Assembly (NCBI RefSeq): GCF_009914755.1
Contig: NC_060927.1
Strand: one strand, 5' to 3'
From: the human T2T-CHM13v2.0 reference genome, Homo sapiens
Length of the DNA stretch: 64,000 nucleotides
Shown here: one piece after another, positions 27,446-43,812 of the stretch
How the letters are laid out: the number at the start of each line of letters is the position of its first letter
Position numbering within the stretch: the first letter of the stretch is position 1
Program-made: the position numbers and the translations under genes
The notes under the pieces: model-generated
Told to the model about the DNA's origin: nothing
What the model saw: only the letters and a program-made list of their open reading frames with translations
Databases searched by the model: none

Positions 27446-28984
27446 AAATACTCAGAGAGTTTACTATTTACATGGCCTCACTGAACTAAAGGGCATCTCA
27501 GTAAGAAGGAAAGTGAACCTAGAAGGAAGATTGAGATACAAGAAGTAACAGTGAGTGAAGACATTTTCAAACATGTTGGCAAAAGGAAACGAATATTCAC
27601 TATTCAGTATTCAAGACTTACTTTGGAGGGTTTAATTTCAGGGTTTAAAAAAAGAATGTGGAAGAGAAATATTAGGAAACAGTAACATGAAAGGCACAAA
27701 CGGAGAAATCAAAGTTAAAACATTCTAAATGTATTCTTTTGCTTAAAGTGATAGTAGCAAAACCAACTAACTTTAGATTGCTGAGTTTGATGTTAAAAGT
27801 TAAGGGTGACCACTAAAAGAACAGAGATAGAATATCTAACTTCCAAACTTGCAAAGAAGTAAGAGAAATAAAACTTGATCAGTCCAATATAAGGGAAGAA
27901 AGGAGAAAAAAAGGAACAAAGAAAAATCATGGCAAATAGAAAATATTAATTAAAGTGATTAAATATTACCAAAATCAAAGTGGATTAAACGATACTGTTC
28001 AAACACAGAAATTCCCAGATTAAATTTAAGAACAAAGCCGACTACGTGCTTTTTAAAAAAGAGACATATTTAGTGACTTTTGTCATGGTGGACTAACCAA
28101 CTCCTATTGTAAGTAACTAGAAAAATTGATAAAATGTAAGAAAGAACTTGTTTTCAGACAATGGACAACAGGACGACACACACTGGATACAAGACTTGAG
28201 GAAAGGAAGGACTTGAGCTCGGCTCGCCCTTGGCCTTGGCTTTCTGCCTGAGGCACTTTCCACTGCAGGGTGGGGTGGGGGCAGCCACGCAGAGCACCCT
28301 GGGATGCTGGGATGAGCACACAGGATTAGGGAACTGGGTGGGGGAGGGCAACTGAGGCAGCTGGAAATTGTAGGGCAGAGTAGAGGAGAAGGGAAGCTAG
28401 GCAGAGAAAGACTCCCCCCCACCCTCCCCTGTGCAAGGCTGGGACAGACTCTGCAGATAAAGAAAGGAGTAGATATTGAGGATCTCTGAGAAACGAAGGT
28501 CCTGTACTTTGGGATAGTTAAAACATTAGTTAAAACGTTTAGTTTTACTTTAAAATAGTTCCTTTGGTTTAATTGGCCAATCATCAGTTTTGAAAGGAAT
28601 CATCATTTTTGATGATTGGCCAATTTAGTTATAACAAAATGGTTTTAGTTTAAAACATTTAGTTTTAAACCAAATAGATTTGAGGGAATTTGAGTGCAGA
28701 AGGTACCTGGGTTCCCTTTTCTTGTTACAGCCCAGGGACTTAGCAATAACCTCAAGGAAAAAAGGCAACAGGTGTTGGTTGATGGGCCTGGCACAGCCTC
28801 ACAGAGCCCCAACACCCCAGGATGACACAGAGTAGCAGGAGGAACCCAAGGACCCAAAAAGGGCCAGCATATTCGCAGACAGAGAGTTGCATGTATGTGA
28901 CTGGGTGTGAGCACCTCTTTACATTTCATACCCCAGGTGCCCTGCTTGCCTCACCCAATCCTAGCCCTGTGTGGAGAGGCCCTG

Positions 28985-29195
28985 AAAATGAGATCTCACA
29001 TGGAGACAGAAGCCACATGAAGGAGAACTGAGGCATCCCTGCTGAAGTGCCAGCTGCATGAGACCAGTGAGTGACCCCAGCTGACATTATGTGGGGTAGA
29101 ATTACCCAGCCAAGCCACAGAATCGTGAGAAAGCACAAACCATTGTGTTTGAAGCCACTAGGTTTGGGATGGTTTGTTATGCAGCAATAGCTAAC
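28985..29195 (+). mobile_element. MLT1-type MaLR LTR fragment
   Basis: 3' motif tttgaagccactaggtttgggatggtttgttatgcagcaatagctaactga. Confidence 0.7.
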
Positions 29196-30490
29196 TGAGT
29201 CACCTTTTTCACACACCCCCAAACTCGGATGTAACTCAAGAGAAATGAGAGAGAAAGCCTGCATTGAGTATGTTTCTACTACTTGATAGACTAAAGACTT
29301 GTACTATCCATTACATTCCAATTATAGAAAAAGAATCAATGTTGCTTTTCTCATATACTTGAGTATGTCTGAAATTCACATCATCTCTATGTACTATGTG
29401 AAAGCAAAGCTGACCACTCACTATTTAGGTAGCAGGCATCCTTTGTTTTGTCCTTCCCTGCACCCCTAGCTCCTTCTTTTGCTATCAGTACCCCCATTTT
29501 CCCTTTGGCAAACTACCTTTCCTGCATTCTGTGAGCACCCGGAGGAACTTCAGTCAGAGTGCCCTCACATGTGGGGTGGATACGGGCGCAGCACTGGCCA
29601 GTTCAACCTTCTCTCCCAGAACCCATGGGCACAAGAGCTAAAAGCCATTTGGCCATGCCATTTCAGTGGCCCAGGGAACTGCCTAGGGTTTCCTGCTACC
29701 AAAGATGCCTGCACCTTCTCAGGCTCCTCTCCTGCTCTCTGCATTGGAGTCTGCCAGTACCTTCCAAAAATCTGCCTTTCACTGAATTCAGCCAGAATTG
29801 CTTTCTATTGTCTGTCATCAAAGAGCCTTGACTGATACATGATATAGCCTGTTAGGGCAGAAACTCAGTGGTGTGCTTAATATTTTTCAGTGTGGAGGTC
29901 ACATGGTTGAGCCATGTGTTGGCCTGGACACCTGCAATTCTTGCCAAAAGGATCATTTGAGCGAGGAGCACTGATTTATCTGAACGGAAGTCTGTCAACA
30001 ACCCTTTAGAGAAAACCATACCTCCTGGTCCAGTGCCTCAGGCCTCGTGCTTCCCTCCCTGCCTCCCCAGCTATCAGCACCTCTCTTGTTCTTTCCAATT
30101 CCAGATGTCAGTCTAGCTTGTGTTTTCTTCCCACCAAACCCTCCAGCAGCACCAAGCACAGTGCCAGGCTCATCACAGATTTTAATTATTGATGGATTGA
30201 TTTGACTGATTTACTTCTGGGTGTCTCTCCCCCGAGACTCCCAGCAATGTCCACATGCCATACAACAGTCCCATTGGGTGCATGTAGAATGGGGCTGTTC
30301 CTAAGGGCAAAACACAGTGTGACGACAAGGCCCCAAGGTTGTGGGGCGCATGAGTTGTGGCTAGGAATGCCCTGGACCAACACTGGGAGCCGAGCTCTCA
30401 GGTGAGGAGGACCCAGTCATAAATGAGGCCTGGCCCCAGTCCCCACCACATGCAGGCCTATGGGAGAGATCCCTGGGTGCCATGTGTTAC

Positions 30491-30613
30491 CGTTTCTGCA
30501 GGACAGTGACAAACTCGGTGAGCCGGTCACGCTCCACCTCGGCAGCCTGCCAGAGGGCCTTGATCTCTGACACTTGTGCCTGCCAGCCTTTTTGTTCTGG
30601 GGAGTCCGAGAAC
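30491..30613 (-). CDS. CCDC13: CCDC13 exon 13
   Basis: ggtcccag|G..AAACG|gtaaca; FSDSPEQKGWQAQVSEIKALWQAAEVERDRLTEFVTVLQK; 123 nt. Confidence 0.95.
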
Positions 30614-31484
30614 CTGGGACCAGGGTGGAGGGCAGAGGGCAGAGGTCATCCGAGGCCTAGAAATAACACTTACCCCTGTGATGGTTGGAGGGACTAGAAG
30701 GACATTCAGGGTGAATGTCAGCCAGAGCAAAGGAAGCAAACCCAGTCCCTCTAGGTCCTCCCCTGCTGGCTTCTTTGCCCACCATTCCTGGTCCTGCTGA
30801 AGTCCCTAGGCTCCAAAGCTGAACCTACCAGAACTAGAGTTACACTGGTACCTCTGTCCATCCAAGCCCTGTGGGGGCCTGGAATTAGTCTGGTGCTGTG
30901 GCAGGTGGCTCTTGGGGACCTGGGGTGCCCTGGGTATCTGTGTGGCCTTTGGGGCCTGGCTGCCCTACCCAGTGTCAGGTGTGCCCAGTCTCTGTGTCCC
31001 TGCCAGTCTCTCCCAGCCCTCCTGCATCTTCTGGCTTGGTCCCCAAGCCCAGCCCACTTTCCTGGAGCCTGTGCATTTGGCTTTGTGACTTGTTCAATTT
31101 TCTCCAGCCCTAAGCCAACCCATCACTGCTTCCCTCTTACCTGCTGGCTGGAGCCAGGACAGAAGGTAAACTCTGCCCCCCAACTTCAACCCCCCAGAGC
31201 CCACATGTGAGTTCCAAGCTGCTCTCCGCTGTGCCCCCACTTTTCCCAGTGAGACCCTGAGCTTACTTTTCTAGCAGTACAGGGCATAGGGAAGGCTGCA
31301 GAGCTGGGCAGTGTACTGAAAACTGGGCTGGGGCATGTGATCCTGAGGGCTGACTTCTCGGTGGTCTTGGGCAGGTCTCTTCCTCTCTCTTGGCCCCAGT
31401 TCCCCCACTAAACATTGAGAGGGGTGGTTTAGATGGGCTCCGAGAACTGCAGACCCCTCTGTGACTCCTAAATATGCTCTAAGG

Positions 31485-31650
31485 CCTTGCTACTACAAGT
31501 GGTCTCTGAATCGGTGGCTCTGGCATCTCCTAGCAGCTTGTTAGAAATGCAGAATCCCAGGCTTTACCCCAGACCTGCTGAATCAGAACCCACACTTGAC
31601 CTGGCTGATCAGCAGGGGCTCTGTGTGTGCAGTGCAGTTTGGAAAGCCCC
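31485..31650. mobile_element. MER5-like hAT DNA transposon
   Basis: gcttgttagaaatgcagaatcccaggctttaccccagacctgctgaatcagaac. Confidence 0.7.
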
Positions 31651-32910
31651 ATTCATTTCCCCAGTTCTAGAATGTGGGAAGAGGAGGAGCAGGAGCAAAG
31701 GGCCGATTCTTCACTCTGCCCTCCTCCCAGGCACCCCACCAGAGTCACCTGAAGGGAATGGGTTCAAACCATGCCAGCCCGAATAGACATACTCTCTGGG
31801 ATCACTCTGCCCTGTGAATTCCTGTCCTGTCACCTGTGGGAGGGGACTGTAAGCTCCATGAGGGTAGGGCCCACACATGGTCGAGTTTAGTAAGTATTTG
31901 TGTGTTGTGGAAGAAACAAGCCTGACAACCAGCAGTCTGGGCAGCCAAGGCACACAGCAGCTCCTGTATTTCTGTGTGGCACAGAGGTCACAGCCACACA
32001 GGCCTGGAAGGGGCTCGAAGGGGTCATCTTGTCCATCTTCCTGCTCTCTTTACTGTGACTAAAACCTCAGAGAGGCAGAGCCTCCCCAATCTCCCTGTGC
32101 TGTGACAAGACCTCCCACCCTAAGGAGCGTGGCACATGCCTTGTGGCTCAGTGTCAGCCCACTCTCCCCAAGTGCCTTTATGACCCCAGCCTGATGGGTG
32201 GGGCAGCTTTGGCCCACAGACCCTATGCTGCCAAGTGTCAGCAGCATGCTGTCCCCCACTTTTTGGGGATAGCAGCCCAGAGAAGGACCAGTTTGCCTGG
32301 AGCCACAGAGATGAGGGACTGGGGCCACTTGGAGGCTTTGCCTGGAACCTGAGCTGACCTGCCTGAGGGGTCAGGGTGGGGAGTGTTGACAGCAGGAGCA
32401 TGGTTCCAGTGGACAGTGGGCAGGGCTCGGGACAGGGCTTAGAGGCAGGACAACGCTGTCCTTTGTCTATGGGCTGGCAGTAGGAACAAAGGGCCCATTT
32501 ACACCCTCTGGCTTGATTCTGTCAACAAAGAGGGGGCCCAAGGTCTGAGGGGATATCAGTGGGAACCCATATCATGTGAAATTCTCCCCTTAGAGGCTGA
32601 TTCTCAATGAGCAAGAGAAGATGAGGGAAGGTGCTAGAAGCCAGGCCCAGGAAGGTTCCTCAGGTTAATTCTCACGTAGCAGGTAGGAACCCTAGCCTGG
32701 GAGTCAGAGGCCAAGATTCTAGTTCTGAAGCTGCTTACTCTATCATCTTGGACAGGACTTCCCTGATCCTCCCTGTCTTTATGTAACCTTGGAAGAGTCC
32801 CTGGACTTTGCCTGGCCTCAGTTTCCCCTCCTTTTAATGGGATGGCAATACTGGTTGAGCAATCAAGAATGGGAAAAAACTGTGAGAGTCCGGGGGTCGG
32901 GGGTCCATAC

Positions 32911-32994
32911 CTAGGTGAGGTCCTGTGGGGACTGGGCAGGGAAGGCCTCGTGAGAGCAGATTCCACCAGTGTGTGGCCCAGGCTGGTCACAGAG
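32911..32994 (-). CDS. CCDC13: CCDC13 exon 12
   Basis: cctttacacag|C..CCTAG|gtatgg; SVTSLGHTLVESALTRPSLPSPHRTSP; 84 nt. Confidence 0.92.
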   Translation of the reverse strand, partial: LCDQPGPHTGGICSHEAFPAQSPQDLT

Positions 32995-33493
32995 CTGTGT
33001 AAAGGCAGAAGGGGCCCATCAGCCTGGGAAGGCAGACCAGGCCCTACTGGGCCTCACCTCTGCATGTGAGGTGGAGCAGTGGCCAGCAGGGGTCCAGGAA
33101 ACCCTTGCAGCAGTCCTGTGGATTTGCTGCCCTTCTTTCCAGAACTCTTGTTTGCTCAAAATGAGACAGAACAGGAGACACCAGAGCCTTGAACAACCCA
33201 ACACGGGTCTGTTTGAAGGCCCCAGGGGCAGAAAACTTTTGAGGCCAGCTCAGAAAGGCTCTTACAGAGAGCTGCAACCAGCATGCTCTTGAAGTGATAA
33301 AATCTGGGCCTAACCGGCTCATTTCTGCAGACGCAGAGCTAATGTCATAGGAGAGGCCCACGTATTGGAAGAACAACAGCATAGTCATCTTAAAATTGCA
33401 CCTGTGGCTTCCCATCAGAGGTAGCAAGAAACAACCTTTCTTCCGAATAATTAATGTTCACTTTCCAACCCCTCCCTCCCATTGTTTTCTTAC

Positions 33494-33633
33494 CGAGAAG
33501 ATCCAAGCCTGCCAACATGATCGCCTGCTGAGGCCGGGGACTTGGTCAGGCCTGGGTCCTCCAGGAACTGGGTATAGGCAGGGCTGACCTCGCGGCCACT
33601 GGACCCCTCACCCACTCCTTTATTCCGAAGATA
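33494..33633 (-). CDS. CCDC13: CCDC13 exon 11
   Basis: ttcctacag|TAT..TCTCG|gtaaga; YLRNKGVGEGSSGREVSPAYTQFLEDPGLTKSPASAGDHVGRLGSS; 140 nt. Confidence 0.93.
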
Positions 33634-35730
33634 CTGTAGGAACAGATGTGGGTTCCATCCTCAGGGCTTTGGCTCAGAGGCCTAGAGAAGGCAGGAGGGG
33701 ATCTTGGCTTGATTTCGGGGCTTTCAGAGGATATGAAAGAGGCTTCTTTTCAGGAGTGAAAAGCGAGGCCTGTTTGGTGAAGGCACTACTTGCATGATAA
33801 TGACATCTAATAATGCCTCTCTTCAGAAAGAAAGCTACATGGTGTGAGGACGGTGACTGGGCCAGGAAGCTGTTCTACATTCAGGTTCCAGAGGGAGGTG
33901 CACGGCCCTGCATGCGGGGCAGGTCAGAGACTGACGTCTCTGAGTGGGTCCGCTTCTCCAGGCGGCCCCACCCACATGTGGTTGAACACCAGGTGTGACT
34001 TGAGGCCAGCTGCCTTCCTCAGCTGGAACACCTGGACCTTCCAGACACCTGCAGCCAGAGAGGCTGGCAGGGACTCAGTGAGGGCAGGCAGCCTTGGGTG
34101 GAGGCTAAGCCTGCCAGGCCCCCACCCCTCCCTCAACCCCTTCCTCTTCTGGATACCTGCTGGGGCTGGACTGGACAGGAACATTAGAGGACCCCCAGCA
34201 GGAGGTCAGGCCACCAGAGTGGACAACCGGTGTAAGCCCCTAACAACCTGGCTTGTCCCCCAGCCCCACCCATTTTGAGAAAACTCGAAACGTGTGCCGA
34301 CTTAAGTCTGGTGGGTAATGCTTGGCCCCCATTCAGCTGGTGACCTCGGAGGTAGGAACAGTCTTCTCCTGTGTGCCTGGAGAAAGGACAGTGGTGAGGT
34401 GAAGATGCTGGAATCTTCCCCTTCAGACTTCCCTCCCCAGTGAGCCAGGATGGGGAGCAGGGTGAGTCCCCATTCACTGCCGTATGTGCTCTGTTCCCAG
34501 ACTTCCTCGTGCCCCCAGGCTCCCCTTCAGCCTCACAGCACTATGTCACAGCCAGTCCTGGGGCCCCAGGCTACCCTGGCCTGTGGGAATAGAGGCTACA
34601 GGACAAACCAGGCTGGTCAGCCAATGCCAGACTGAGGCAGGGCCGAGGGGCTCTTGGGCTCTCACCTCTGAACAAACCACGGATCCCCAGAAACAAAGAG
34701 CAGGGCTGCTTTGCAACATGCCTTTGGCTGAGCCAGTCAATTTCCCAGTGGGCCAGAGGCTGCAAGGCTCCTTTGTCACTGGGAGACCTGCATGCCTGTC
34801 AAGAAATTCTCCCCAAGGACACCACCCAGCCCCACCACCACCCCAGGGAGGTGAAGGTGCCTGACTCCTAGCAGCCCCAAGCTGTGCCCTCAAGGCACCT
34901 GCCAAGACAAAATATCTTTACAAGCTCATGCCTTAGACAAGCATTTATTGAGCATCTACTGTGTGCTTGCTCCAGTGCCAGGCACTGAGGCACCACGGTC
35001 TGTGCTCCCTTACAGAGAGTGCAGGGGAGAAAACAGGAAAATGACTACACAGTGTGAGAGAAGTTTGGTTTGGGGATGCATAGGGAGTTAGGAGAGTGCC
35101 TAGGAGGGGAACACAACACAGAACAGGGGTCCCGGGGCTTCCTGGAGGAGCTCCTGACTAGGTAAGACCTAAAGGCTGAGGGGCAGCCGGCCAGACCGAG
35201 GCCGTGGGGGAGGAGGGGAGGGAGTGTGCTTCACGCTGCGCGTAGCCCTGGAGTGCGGAGCAAGCAGGAGCTGAATGGTGCCTGGGTAGCAGAGTGTAGG
35301 GAAAGGGGAGGGGTGAAGAGAAGATGCAGGAGGGGTGGCAGCAAGAGTTAGTCACATGGTGCCTAGAAGCTGAATGAAGTGTGGCTTTCCTTCTCTCATC
35401 CTGCTGCTGGAGCTACTGCCACCATCTTGAATCCTGAGGATAAGGCCACAGCTGGGGATGGGAGAGGGTAAACTGGAAGGTGCCTGGGTCCTTGAGAACC
35501 AGGTGAGGTCGAGGGTGACAGTAAGCCATGAACAGATTTTAAGTAGAGCAAGGACACAATCAGGTTTGTGTGCAGAATGGGTTGGGGAGCCAGATAGAAG
35601 CAGGTGGCCAAAGTGGAGCCAGGAAGGATGAAGTCTGGCCTGAGCTAAGGCAAGTGGAAAGAAGTGGAAGGAGCTGGATGGACTTGCCCGGCTTGAAAAT
35701 GGGTTTGGGCGCTGCCAGTGCCCTACTCAC

Positions 35731-35937
35731 GTGCACATTGAGTTGTCCGATCTCCATCTCCAGCTGTCGCACTTTGGCCTCCCGCTCAGCTACCATGGCC
35801 TGCAGCTGGGCGACTAGGCTGTTGCTCCGCTGAGCCTCGCTGTTCAGTTGCTGGTCCAGGTGGTGCTGGGACACTCGCGTTTTCTCCTCCTGCAGACTCA
35901 GGCTGCCTAGGATCTCCTGTAGCTGCTTCAGCTGGTC
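35731..35937 (-). CDS. CCDC13: CCDC13 exon 10
   Basis: gccccccag|GAC..CAC|gtgagt; DQLKQLQEILG..EMEIGQLNVH; 207 nt. Confidence 0.96.
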
Positions 35938-36930
35938 CTGGGGGGCCAGGCAGGAGGGCAGGTGGAGTCAGTCATGGCCCTTTGGGCCGGGGAGGACAAG
36001 AACAGACTGCCTCCCTCACCCCAAAGCAGGCTGCAGGAACCTAACAGTGGGATCCTGTTCCCTCGAGAGGCAGGAACACCTTCCTTGCCTGCCATCAGGG
36101 GATGTTGAATCAGGCAGGTGGGGACCATGTTCTTTTCCTGTCCTCAACTTCCTTCTCTGAGTTTGGGGCCAAGAAGATCCAAGGGGCTCTCAGACAACAG
36201 AAAGTAGATCAGATGGTGACTCCTCACCCGGTGGGGGAGATATTTAGCTAAAAGAAAAGCCTGATCCTGCTTGGCTGGGAGACTGCCCTTGGAGGCAGTA
36301 CCTGGACCCCTGCCAGGGATCCATTAGCACCTGACTGAAGCCTCATCCCAAGGAAAAGCCCTCAAGGAGACTCCTGGGCAAAGGCTTCCTGCCTGGGGCC
36401 AACAGAAAGGACAATGTCAGTGATTTGGAACAGGTGGGGGCTGTTGTCTTCACCTCAGAGTGGAGGAAACTGAGGCCCAGAGAGTCCAAGGGCATATTGC
36501 TGGTGAATAGCATGACTGGGACTAGTTTGCAGCTCTCATCATGCCACTTTCAATGACAAAGAATGGTGACATGCAGGGACCTCAGAGGACATCCAGCCCT
36601 GCGACTTATTTTTAAAACTGGCTGCTGAGCCTCAGAGGGGATGCGACTGGCCTATGGTCACACAGTGAGATACTGACAGAGGCAGGCCTAGATTTCTGGT
36701 CTTCTGTGCCCCGCTCACCACCCTATCATGTAAAGTGATCATGAACTAAGGTAGGTGCCTGAGCCAGCACCCCCCAAACACCCCAGCCAAGCCAGACATG
36801 ATCACCCGCCCCGGGCCTGCAGGCACAACTTGGAATCTGACACCAAACTTTGGTGCCTCGGGTCCCACAGAGAAAAGTCCAAGCTGTAGGGTTAGGAAAG
36901 CAGTATGGCCTTACTAATCAAGGAAGTTTT

Positions 36931-39105
<2,175 letters not shown>

Positions 39106-39657
39106 TAATCCAGGAAGTTTTTATAGTCAGATAAACCTGCTTTGAACTCAGTTGTATGGTCTTAGATGAGTTATCTAATGAATTTGAGTCTTAGTTTCCC
39201 CATCTGTGAAGTGGGATTAAAATATATGATCCTAGAAGTTATCTTAGGGACTAAGCATTATAACATGCCCAGAAGAGGAAGGGTTCTGTGCCACTGCAGA
39301 GATAAGAACTGGTACTGGCTCCTCTTGTCCCTTTCATTCCTTGCTGAAAAATAACCCAGGGTATAATCCCACCTCCTTCCCCCAATACATTTCTGTCTCT
39401 TTTGGGGTCCATAGGCCCAGTGCCTTGTGCCTGGTGCTGCTCCATCACAGCCCCCTACCTGCCCTCAGGCAGCCTCCCTGAGCTGCTCCTGTCCCTGGGG
39501 CAGGGCTTTGGTACTGGGGGCCATCTGGAGGCAACGGGCTTTGGGGTTACACAGGTGGCATTGAGGGGTGAGTGAGGGCTCACTCTGGCCATGGCTGGGG
39601 CCCATCCTTTGAGGAACCACCCCTGGCTCTCGCCCTGCCTGAGTGGTGGGGCCATAC

Positions 39658-39834
39658 CATGAGGGCGTCGATGAGCTCGTCATCATGCCGGCCCTTCTCC
39701 ACCAGGGTTCCCATCTGACTCTTGAGGGTCTTCATCTCACTTGACAGCAGCTTGTTCCGAGACCTCATGCCCTCGAACTTCTTTTTTAGCTCTTCAAGCT
39801 CTCTCTGTAGGACATCCCGTTCACTGGCAAGTTT
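39658..39834 (-). CDS. CCDC13: CCDC13 exon 9
   Basis: taattacag|AAA..ATG|gtatgg; KLASERDVLQRELEELKKKFEGMRSRNK..DELIDALM; 177 nt. Confidence 0.96.
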
Positions 39835-41264
39835 CTGTAATTAGAAAATGAGGGCATGGGCAGCAGGGCTGTGTGGGACCTTGGCCACATCTGCTCCCTG
39901 GCTCCTACTCAATGGCAAGGCCCGGGGCTGGGGGTGGGGGTGCTTGTTGAATGCCACAGAGCAAGTCACTAGAGCCAGGGCCCTGACTCCCAGCCCAGGC
40001 CTCTCAGGGATATCAGGTGGCCAGCAGCCTCCCACCCTTCCCCTAGCACATGACAGCACTAACGCATGACAGCACTCCTAACCTCAGCCTGAGACACAGA
40101 CTTCCTAGCACATGAGAGGAAAGCCGCCAGCCAACTGCGTGTGTCCTCCAGAGAGCACAGCCAGTCCTACCCCTAAGCCCCTCCCCAAGCAGGGGAAAAG
40201 AGAAAAGCCATACTTTAGAAAAAGAGTGCTGGGCTAGGTTCCAACTGCAGCACCTTGCACCACCAGGAGCTAGAATGAGAAAGGAGGGTCTTTTCTCCCA
40301 CTTCCTCCATGATTATTTGGCACAACCCCTGACAGCACCTTGCTTTGTCAGCTACCAACTGGAAACTCACATGCAGCACACATCTTCGGAGTCTCTCATT
40401 CAATCATCCCTTCATTCTCGAGGGTTTCCTGAGGGCCTACTATGGGTTTCCTGAGGTTTCCTACTATGGTTTCCTGAGGGCCTACTATGGGCTTAGTATT
40501 GTTATAGATGCTGGGGGACAGCAAAAAGCAAAACAGTCCTTGTCCTCAAGGAGCTGATAATCCTAATGGAGGAGACAGATAATGTCAAATAGTGACAAAT
40601 GCTAATTTGAAAGTAGGAAACAGGAATAGCGAGAAGGATATGGTCAGGTAAGGCCTTTCTGAAAAGGTGGCATCTGAGCAGAGACTGAAGGAGATGAAGG
40701 GAAGAGCAAAGGCCCTGGGGTAGAAGGTGTGTGGCTGGAGCACAGTGAGTGAAGGGGCAGAGGTTAGATTAGGCAAACCCATAAAGACAAGATGGAGACA
40801 TTGGGGAGGAGCTTGGGCAGTGGGTGACATCACCTGCTTGATCCTGAGGGTGAATTGTTGCTGGAAAAGTATTTTCATATCCTTGATGAAGTGAATTATA
40901 GAAATGCAAAACAAGTAAAACATGAATCTATAGGACACAAGCCCTTTGCAGGGAGGCAGCCATTACTCACCTGTTGCTCTCCTGCCTACACACTCCAGGC
41001 TCTTATGGGTGCCTGCCAGAGGGAATGCATGCAGGAAGCTGTTTCCTTCCACCCGCTATTGCAGCTTATGGTCAGCCCAACTGTTCAACATAATCTGTTC
41101 TGCACTAACATGTAAGTTCAAGCTAGGTGCATTTCAAACCCAGCATTTCCAAATCTCAACTCCCTTTCTCTTCTTGAACCCACCCTGTCTCCCTTACCCA
41201 CCCACTATACTCCCTAGAAGTCCTTTATAACTCTTCCTCCTCATCTCTCTTCCAAGTCCAATCA

Positions 41265-41775
<511 letters not shown>

Positions 41776-42919
41776 CGTTTGGTGGTTCTCCACAGCCTTC
41801 AAGATACAGGCCAAAAGTCCTGGCTGGCATACAAAGCCCAGCAGGCCCTGTCCACTTCTGTGGTCTCACTGTTTCCCTCCTCACAGCTGATGGTCTACAG
41901 CGCTGGGAGGTGCAATGTGGTCATGGTTACAGCATTCCTAACACAGGGCCTAACCCAGCGTTGGTGCTCACAGGCAAAAGTCTCCAGATGAAAAGGCAAG
42001 TCCTCACTGTTAGGTAGCTCACTGCCAGGGCCACTACGTGGGCCTGTTGTATGGCCTGCCTGCACCTCTTCATGCTGCTTCTGTTACCTTCTTTAAAGTG
42101 GCCCCTACTCCCTACTCTCATTGCAAGTTTGGGGAGGCTAACTCATCCCCTCAAACCTTGGGGCAGGTGTCTGAAGCTTGACCAATCAAAACACCCTGTA
42201 CTCTTGGCTACAGTGATGGGCTCAAGGATGGTCACATAACCCAGGCTAGACCAAAGACACTCAATTCTGGGACTTTGTTGGAACTATTGGGAAAGAGAAA
42301 CCCTTTGTCTGTAGAGGCTGCATTGGAGGAGAGAAGCTGGGACTACCCAGGGTCCTTGTGGAAGAGAGTGAAGCCAACCCAGGAGAAGGTGCTGAGAGCA
42401 AGGCCCCGATCTGCACCTGAAGCTAGGCCACCTCTGGATTGTTCGTTTACATGGGCCAATGACTTCCCTTTGTTGCTTAAACCTGGTAGAGTTAGAGTTC
42501 TGACACTCCCAACGCAGCCAGTGAGATGCGGCCCCTGGTGTTGAGTCCAGCCTGCCTACCTCTTTCATCAGCCTGGAACTTTCCCCCTTTAAGCCCCATC
42601 TAACCCTATCATACTTCTGGGGCCATGACCCTCCCCCTCTCCCTTTTACAATGAGAATTTCAGGTATAGCACCTCCAAAACAGCCAGGATGGGGCCACGA
42701 AAAGTTCATTAAATGGGCTCACAGTGAGGTCCCAGTCAGGCAGCTCAGGTTGGTTTGACAGGACATGAGGAACATGCAGAGGTGACCCAGGTCCCCAGGT
42801 GTCTCCTGCCTAGAAGGGGTGGCTCAGACTTCTGACCACATGTGCCTCAGAGCCCTTGCAGGCACCATCATGATCTCTCGTTCCCACATGCCCAGCTGAC
42901 CTCCTCAGGCACGCGTTAC

Positions 42920-43081
42920 CTCCAAGCCTTCCTGTTTTTCCCTTTCCAGGCTGCGGATCCTCAGCAGGTTTTTCTCCTGTGCCGACAGCTTCCTTGGGTC
43001 TGGATAGACAGACAACTCATCACTGGCTGTTCCCGCAGACTGGCTCCGGGCCTGGCCCAATTGCTTCTCAAGCTCTTGAAC
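42920..43081 (-). CDS. CCDC13: CCDC13 exon 8
   Basis: catcctcag|GTT..GAG|gtaacg; VQELEKQLGQARSQSAG..EREKQEGLE; 162 nt. Confidence 0.96.
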
Positions 43082-43408
43082 CTGAGGATGGTAAAACTCG
43101 TCGTTCCACAATGGGTCTTCTGCCAGCCTCTTCTACTCAGAAGTGTGATAGGAGACCCCACGGACTGAAGATGGAACCACCTCTCTAGATGGCTGTGGTA
43201 GCCCCATCTGAGGAGGACTAGGGGTGGGGGACAATCTGAGCTGGCATCTTGAGCAACACATTGGAAGACACCAGGAAAGTTCAGCTTAGAAAAATGGTGA
43301 ATGAGAAAAATCACCCTATCTCTGAGGGGCTGTTTGAGGCTGGAAAGCAGACCTATGGCCCCAGGAACCAGGGATGGATAGGATGGCAGGTCTCAGTTCA
43401 AGAAAGAA

Positions 43409-43812
<404 letters not shown>

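Noticed and set aside
33044-33427. 127-aa minus-strand ORF and GAG|gtgagg donor in intron 11
   Set aside because: Exons 11 and 12 already join in frame; no convincing acceptor or homology, and the donor is only ~60 nt from the exon 12 acceptor
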